This document shows, one piece after another, positions 59,196-64,000 of a DNA stretch of 64,000 nucleotides. The DNA is from Candidatus Parcubacteria bacterium. Lineage in GTDB: Bacteria; Patescibacteriota; Minisyncoccia; Phycocordibacterales; Zambryskibacteraceae. The notes under the pieces are model-generated. The model saw nothing but the letters and a program-made list of their open reading frames with translations. It searched no databases and was not told the DNA's origin. Where the stretch lies: positions 110,809 through 174,808 of the forward strand of contig JAIFWJ010000001.1 of assembly GCA_019661865.1 (NCBI GenBank), given 5' to 3'. Both the position numbers and the translations under genes were made by a program. Numbering within the stretch: position 1 is the stretch's first letter; each line of letters opens with the position of its first letter.

Positions 59196-61094
59196 ATGCG
59201 AGTTGTAGAAGTAGTGCCATTTGCCCGGGGTATAACACGGGATAAACTTTCTTACTTTACTAAGGAAGATTTACCGTTAGGCACTCTAGTGCGCATACCT
59301 ATCAGGAAAAGCTCGTATTTAGGCCTTATCATAGGATCTAGAGAGGTCGAGGAAGCTAAACTTGAGCTTAGGTCAGCTGACTTTACCCTAAGAAAGCTTG
59401 AAGAAATAGAACGAGTAGGCAGTGTTCCTGAAAGTCTAGTAAAAGCTTCTCTCAGGACTGGTGTCTATTTCGCCGCCACCACGGGGTCGGTTTTGGGCGC
59501 AATTCTACCGAAGATCTTTCTCGATATTCCCTCTCTTATGGGAGAAGGCCCAGAGATTCAAAAAGTGGGCAAGAAGGAAGCTCTACTCATCCAACTTCCG
59601 ACCAATGAACGGATGCAAGAGTATAACTCCATAGTGAGATCAAGCTTCGCCCGCAAGGAATCAGTACTCTTGATAGTTCCCACTCGCGAGGATGCGCTCA
59701 GACTTGAATTCCTACTTTCTAAAGGTATAGAGAAATTTACCTTCACCCTCTCAGGTAAGAGCGTCAATATTCAAAAAGAAATTCTGGCTAAAGCTCGTGA
59801 TGAAAAGCATCCAATCTTATTTATAACTACACCTGGATTTCTTTCTTTCACCAGGCGAGATTTATGCACCATCATAATCGAAAGAGAAAATTCTAGATCT
59901 TATAAGACTCTCAAGCGTCCATATCTAAATTATAAAATTTTCATCCAGTATCTCGCAGAAGAAACTGGAGCCACGCTTATACTCGGGGACACGGTACTCT
60001 CTCTCGAGTCGCTTAAAAAGGCCAAGGAAGATGTCTATAGTGAGTACACACCTTTGAGTTGGAATGTTAAAAGTAACTCTCAGATTAGGGTAATGAACAT
60101 GCGTGAGTCTCGTACCGAACGTGAGAGTCCGAGGGACTTCGAAATATTTTCTAAAAAAGCTACTAACCTTATCTCTAAAGCCCTAGAGGAAAAAAAGAAA
60201 ATTTTCCTCTTCGGTGCACGTAAAGGACTTGCTCACACCACTGTCTGTGGTCACTGTGGTGCACTCCTACTTTGTAAAAATTGTGGAGCTCCTGTGGTCC
60301 TACATAAGTTGAAGGACTCTAAAGAGCCCACTCAAGATCGGATTTATATCTGTCATCATTGCGGTGCAAGGCGCGATGCACTAACTACATGTGACAAATG
60401 TGGTAGTTGGAAGTTAATACCACTTGGTATCGGTACCGACAGGATTATAGAAGAACTTAAGTTGCAGTTTCCTAAAGCACCTATATTTATTTTGGATAAA
60501 GAACATACACCCACAGGAGCTAAGGCGAGTAAGGTTGCCAAGGAGTTCGCTTCTACTCGCGGTGGTATCCTGGTTGGCACAGAACTTGCTCTTCTCTATC
60601 TTGAGAAAGTTCCTTACTCCATAGTTGTCTCTCTGGACTCTCTCTTCTCCATACCGGACTTTACTATTAACGAACGCATCTTTTATTTATTGACTCATCT
60701 TAAGGAAGTTACAGAAGTCGATATGCTCATTCAGACACGTAACCGGGGAGAAGTTATACTCGACTACGCTACAGAGGGCACTATTTTAGAATTTTATAGG
60801 TTCGAGATGAAGGAGCGTGAGGAACTGTATTACCCACCTCTCTCACTCTTTATAAAAGTCTCTATTGAAGATGAAAGATCTTCTCTTAAAACTCATGCCT
60901 CTCTTCTGGAAAATCTTTTCAGACCATGGAACCCTGAGTTTATAGAAGAACGAGGCTTGGGAAGCCATAGAAGTATCCTGTCCATGATCATGCGCGTCGG
61001 TAGAAGTAACTGGCCTGTTAAGGAACTCTCCGAGAAACTTCTTTTGCTTCCGCCATCATTTTCCATTAAAGTGGATCCTGAGAGTATTCTATAA
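59196..61094 (+). CDS. priA: Primosomal protein N' (PriA), helicase motifs degenerate
   Basis: 3'-DNA-binding N-terminus, four CxxC, G-GT-R, PDF-ER, YPP, DP end; precedes def-fmt. Confidence 0.85.
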   Translation: MRVVEVVPFARGITRDKLSYFTKEDLPLGTLVRIPIRKSSYLGLIIGSREVEEAKLELRSADFTLRKLEEIERVGSVPESLVKASLRTGVYFAATTGSVLGAILPKIFLDIPSLMGEGPEIQKVGKKEALLIQLPTNERMQEYNSIVRSSFARKESVLLIVPTREDALRLEFLLSKGIEKFTFTLSGKSVNIQKEILAKARDEKHPILFITTPGFLSFTRRDLCTIIIERENSRSYKTLKRPYLNYKIFIQYLAEETGATLILGDTVLSLESLKKAKEDVYSEYTPLSWNVKSNSQIRVMNMRESRTERESPRDFEIFSKKATNLISKALEEKKKIFLFGARKGLAHTTVCGHCGALLLCKNCGAPVVLHKLKDSKEPTQDRIYICHHCGARRDALTTCDKCGSWKLIPLGIGTDRIIEELKLQFPKAPIFILDKEHTPTGAKASKVAKEFASTRGGILVGTELALLYLEKVPYSIVVSLDSLFSIPDFTINERIFYLLTHLKEVTEVDMLIQTRNRGEVILDYATEGTILEFYRFEMKEREELYYPPLSLFIKVSIEDERSSLKTHASLLENLFRPWNPEFIEERGLGSHRSILSMIMRVGRSNWPVKELSEKLLLLPPSFSIKVDPESIL

Positions 61095-61095
61095 A

Positions 61096-61650
61096 ATGCC
61101 CAACCCAGAAATAGTCCAGAAAGACGCGGCAGTCTTACGTGAGATGGCACACCCTGTCGAGGTTAAAGAAATAACTTCTAAGAAAATTCAGAGTGTCCTC
61201 TCACGGATGAAGAAGGCCCTGAAGTCCCAAGATGATGGGGTAGCTATTGCTGCACCACAGATAAGCGAGAGTTTACGCATTTTTATAGTTAGCGGTAGAA
61301 CTCTTCTTCTTATGCGGAAGGACGAGTCCACTCCGAAAGAATTGGAAAATGCTCCGGAAGATTTAGTATTTATAAATCCCACCATAACTAAACTCTCCAA
61401 GAAGAAACTTATGATGGAGGAAGGATGCCTCTCTATCCGTTGGCTGTACGGACATGTTGAGAGAAGTGAGAAGGCCACCATTACAGCCTATGATGAGAAT
61501 GGTAAGAAGTTCCAGAAAGGAGCTTCGGGCCTTATGGCTCAGATCTTCCAACATGAGGTAGATCACTTAAATGGTATTCTATTTATAGATAAGGCAGAAG
61601 GCTTACACGAACTTCCTCCAGAAGAAACCCATAATAAGATTAGTGAATAA
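61096..61650 (+). CDS. def: Peptide deformylase
   Basis: GVAIAAPQ, EGCLS, QHEVDHL-G. Confidence 0.96.
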   Translation: MPNPEIVQKDAAVLREMAHPVEVKEITSKKIQSVLSRMKKALKSQDDGVAIAAPQISESLRIFIVSGRTLLLMRKDESTPKELENAPEDLVFINPTITKLSKKKLMMEEGCLSIRWLYGHVERSEKATITAYDENGKKFQKGASGLMAQIFQHEVDHLNGILFIDKAEGLHELPPEETHNKISE

Positions 61651-61652
61651 CA

Positions 61653-62390
61653 GTGTCGATCAAATTTGTATATTTCGGTTCCTCACAATTCTCTAAATAT
61701 GTTTTAGAGGAGTTAGAGAAGGAAGGACTTACCCCTGTTCTTAATATTACTTCAGCTCAGGAACCATTAGATATAAAGAAGCTGCAAGAAGCAAAAGCAG
61801 ATGTATTTATCGTGGCATCATTCGGGAAAATTTTACCCAAAGAAGTAATTTATATGCCGCCTTATAAGACTCTCAATGTCCATCCGTCACGACTGCCCAG
61901 ACTTCGAGGTCCTTCCCCCATACAATCTTCCATAATTAGTGAACCAGAACCGCATTTAACCATTATGAGAATGGACGAAGAGATGGATACAGGTCCTGTG
62001 GTAGTCACAACCACTCAATTCATTACCCCCTGGCCAGATTATTATTCGATAATTGAAGAGAAGCTTGGACATAGTGGAGGACAAGTCCTAGCTCAGATTC
62101 TTCCCCTATGGATAGATGGAAAGATAGATGAAGTTCCCCAAGATAATTCAAAAGCCACTTATACAAAGAAAATAAAAAAAGAGGATGCGGATATTACAAA
62201 CGACTCGCCAGAGCTAGCATTACGAAAGATCATGGCCTATGAGACTTGGCCCAGAGCACGTAAGGGAGATTTGATAATAACCAAAGCACATTTAGAGAGT
62301 GGAGAACTCGTTTTAGACAAAGTCATCCCTCCCGGTAAGAAAGAGATGAGTTACAAGGACTACGAAAACGGTTTGAAAGGAAAAAGATAA
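61653..62390 (+). CDS. fmt: Methionyl-tRNA formyltransferase (compact)
   Basis: NVHPS-LP-RGPSPI, MD-MDTG, ATY-KI-KED. Confidence 0.93.
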   Translation: MSIKFVYFGSSQFSKYVLEELEKEGLTPVLNITSAQEPLDIKKLQEAKADVFIVASFGKILPKEVIYMPPYKTLNVHPSRLPRLRGPSPIQSSIISEPEPHLTIMRMDEEMDTGPVVVTTTQFITPWPDYYSIIEEKLGHSGGQVLAQILPLWIDGKIDEVPQDNSKATYTKKIKKEDADITNDSPELALRKIMAYETWPRARKGDLIITKAHLESGELVLDKVIPPGKKEMSYKDYENGLKGKR

Positions 62391-62404
62391 ACAAATAGAA
62401 ATAA

Positions 62405-62683
62405 AGAGAAAGCGCCCAACCGAAGTTGAGCGCTTATTTATGGATACAGTGACCGAAGTCACGGAAAGAACTTCTTCAGCCGGACAGAGCCCGCTTGGGA
62501 TGTCCGGCCGCGCCTTTTAAGTCGCTTCCAAGACCGGCGAACCAAGGAAGTCTATCCTCCTTTATATTGCTGTCACCGAATGCTAGGCGGAGGCCTCTTT
62601 ATACCATTGCAATCGGGCCGATTTAACAGATACGGGCCCGTACCTGTTAGAGCGGAAAACGGCATTTCAAACAAACCACTCTA
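62405..62683 (-). ncRNA. Candidate structured RNA (or structured mRNA for a 28-aa peptide)
   Basis: TTGACA-N16-TATAAT promoter at 62716-62689; many GC-rich stems, two UUCG loops, terminator 62411-62434. Confidence 0.55.
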
Positions 62684-62749
62684 TGTATATTATACACCCC
62701 CATCTGCTTTTGTCAAGCAGAGATTGATATTAAAGCTTAGGCTGGAGAA

Positions 62750-62932
62750 TTATGGCTTAGTATAGCGCTGAACTTGAGAAACTGTGGGAGCGAAGTCCAC
62801 AAATGCATCCAGCTTGCTCTCGATGCGCACAAGCATAAAGAGGATAAGTCCGCTTACCAATCCACCCATAAGCACCGCACCTGATACAAAGGGATTAGCT
62901 GTCTGTCTCCAATAATTTTGCCAATAATTCAT
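62750..62932 (-). CDS. Small single-TM protein
   Basis: 60 aa with one hydrophobic helix, downstream of hpf. Confidence 0.55.
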   Translation of the reverse strand: MNYWQNYWRQTANPFVSGAVLMGGLVSGLILFMLVRIESKLDAFVDFAPTVSQVQRYTKP

Positions 62933-62944
62933 GTCTTATGTTAT

Positions 62945-63358
62945 TTATATTGTATCAATGTCTTCACCGCGGCGAAATCTCTTGGGCAATCTCACCCACG
63001 GGAAACCCCGCACAATATCCTTCACCATCCTTCCGCCCTTACGCATCATGTGGAGACGTTTGGACTTGTCTCTGGTGATCTCTTGTACTACTTCATCGCG
63101 CACCATGTCTATGGCAGCATACAAGTCCTCTGCTTCACATACAGCATAGACATCTTTACCAAGACCGACTATCTTCACTTCCGCTCTAAAGAAAGGTCCT
63201 TCCTTATGATGCTTAGTGTTCTTCCCCACCTCCATCTGCACAACTGGAGATTTACCCTTTTCAATGTACTTTTCTATGGAAGAAATTTTCTTTTCTGCAT
63301 ATGAAGAAATAGCGGGTGTCATCTCGATACCCGTGGCTTTAATATTTATATTCATCAT
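62945..63358 (-). CDS. hpf: Ribosome hibernation promoting factor / RaiA
   Basis: T-AI-Y-KKI, F-AE, DLYAAID. Confidence 0.9.
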   Translation of the reverse strand: MMNINIKATGIEMTPAISSYAEKKISSIEKYIEKGKSPVVQMEVGKNTKHHKEGPFFRAEVKIVGLGKDVYAVCEAEDLYAAIDMVRDEVVQEITRDKSKRLHMMRKGGRMVKDIVRGFPWVRLPKRFRRGEDIDTI

Positions 63359-63376
63359 GGAATTTATTATATCAAC

Positions 63377-63547
63377 TTAGCTTTCAGCATGCTCCCTCTT
63401 CTGATCTGCCTCCTTCTGCGAAGCATCTGCGGCATCACGCTCGGCATCCGCCTTCCTTTGAGCAGCGTCGGCTTGCGCTTTCTCGGCTTCAGACTCATCA
63501 TCCTCAGCCTCCTTGGCTCTGTTCTCTGCATCTTCTTTTTCTCCCAT
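63377..63547 (-). CDS. Small acidic Ala-rich hydrophilic protein
   Basis: Not in ORF track: MGEKEDAENRAKEAEDDESEAEKAQADAAQRKADAERDAADASQKEADQKREHAES; TAATTT 6 nt before ATG. Confidence 0.65.
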   Translation of the reverse strand: MGEKEDAENRAKEAEDDESEAEKAQADAAQRKADAERDAADASQKEADQKREHAES

Positions 63548-63609
63548 AATAGTAAATTAGCTACTAACACAATGTTAGACGTAGATAGAAGAACAATGAT
63601 TACAAGCAA

Positions 63610-63774
63610 CTAAGCGGAAAGTTTAAATCCGAGCCATATACCAAGGATGGAGAAAACAGCTTGTGAGACTACACCAGAAAATGAGAAATAGTCCGCACCC
63701 CAGAGGTTCGGGACCAATCCGCCAATGAAAGATCCGATGAAGAGCCCTCCCCAGATGGCAGACTTACGACTCAT
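63610..63774 (-). CDS. Small 2-TM Gly-rich membrane protein
   Basis: Not in ORF track: MSRKSAIWGGLFIGSFIGGLVPNLWGADYFSFSGVVSQAVFSILGIWLGFKLSA. Confidence 0.7.
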   Translation of the reverse strand: MSRKSAIWGGLFIGSFIGGLVPNLWGADYFSFSGVVSQAVFSILGIWLGFKLSA

Positions 63775-63786
63775 TAAATTAGAAAA

Positions 63787-63975
63787 TTATTTCTTCTTGA
63801 GAAGAGCTGTATAGGCGAGATACCCTGCGACGATAACTGCTGCCCAACTGAGCCAAGTAGGTACCATATATGTACCGAACTTCACAGTAAGACCATTGAT
63901 CAGTCTCCAGAGATGAAGAACTGCAACTAATAAGAAAATAAAACCAGAAACCTTGTAGTAATTGTGTGTGTTCAT
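63787..63975 (-). CDS. Small 2-TM membrane protein
   Basis: IF-LVAVLH-WR, P-W-SW pattern. Confidence 0.7.
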   Translation of the reverse strand: MNTHNYYKVSGFIFLLVAVLHLWRLINGLTVKFGTYMVPTWLSWAAVIVAGYLAYTALLKKK

Positions 63976-64000
63976 TTAAATTTTAAAAGCTAGTACATAT

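Noticed and set aside
62405-62683. raiA-motif RNA, tmRNA or RNase P RNA
   Set aside because: Near hpf/raiA, but I could not find their conserved sequence blocks or tRNA-like ends; left as unknown
63367-63613. Track ORFs 63367-63609 (-) and 63389-63613 (+)
   Set aside because: Alternative frames of the better-supported 56-aa ORF at 63377-63547
1-64000. CRISPR array, IS element, prophage or stop-codon recoding
   Set aside because: No spaced repeats, transposase or phage structural cluster seen; TGA ends ftsW, alaS and other genes normally

Overview
Gene-dense chromosomal segment, most likely from a Patescibacteria/CPR (Parcubacteria-like) genome using the standard code (TGA is a stop). Core genes lie almost all on the minus strand: murG-ftsW-mraY-dac-scpB-scpA, ND-aspS, trpS, dnaJ-dnaK-grpE, the rpsI-rplM-rplQ-rpoA-rpsD-rpsK-rpsM-rpmJ-infA block, alaS, mnmA-mltG, leuS, ychF, ddl, uvrC/uvrA/uvrB, tgt, mreB and hpf, with priA-def-fmt on the plus strand and three tRNAs. 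No CRISPR array, transposase or integrase is visible. Main observations: (1) an AT-rich island encoding an ANL acyl-adenylate ligase, a split ThiF(MoeY/Rv1355c-type) + nitroreductase pair and an orphan 7TM histidine kinase, a candidate small-molecule signal synthesis and sensing module; (2) a promoter-to-terminator structured RNA of about 280 nt at 62.4-62.7 kb and a structured attenuator-like leader upstream of a lytic transglycosylase; (3) two expression grammars, with leaderless-type core genes and SD-led stand-alone orphan genes; (4) a lipoprotein and a pilin-like gene that resemble Gemmatimonadota proteins, a possible host clue; (5) an 18-nt palindrome inserted in frame in several proteins; (6) streamlined or fused core proteins (Cys-less family-4 UDG, short YchF, LeuRS-Nudix, helicase-degenerate PriA). 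All calls come from reading the sequence by eye; no searches were run.
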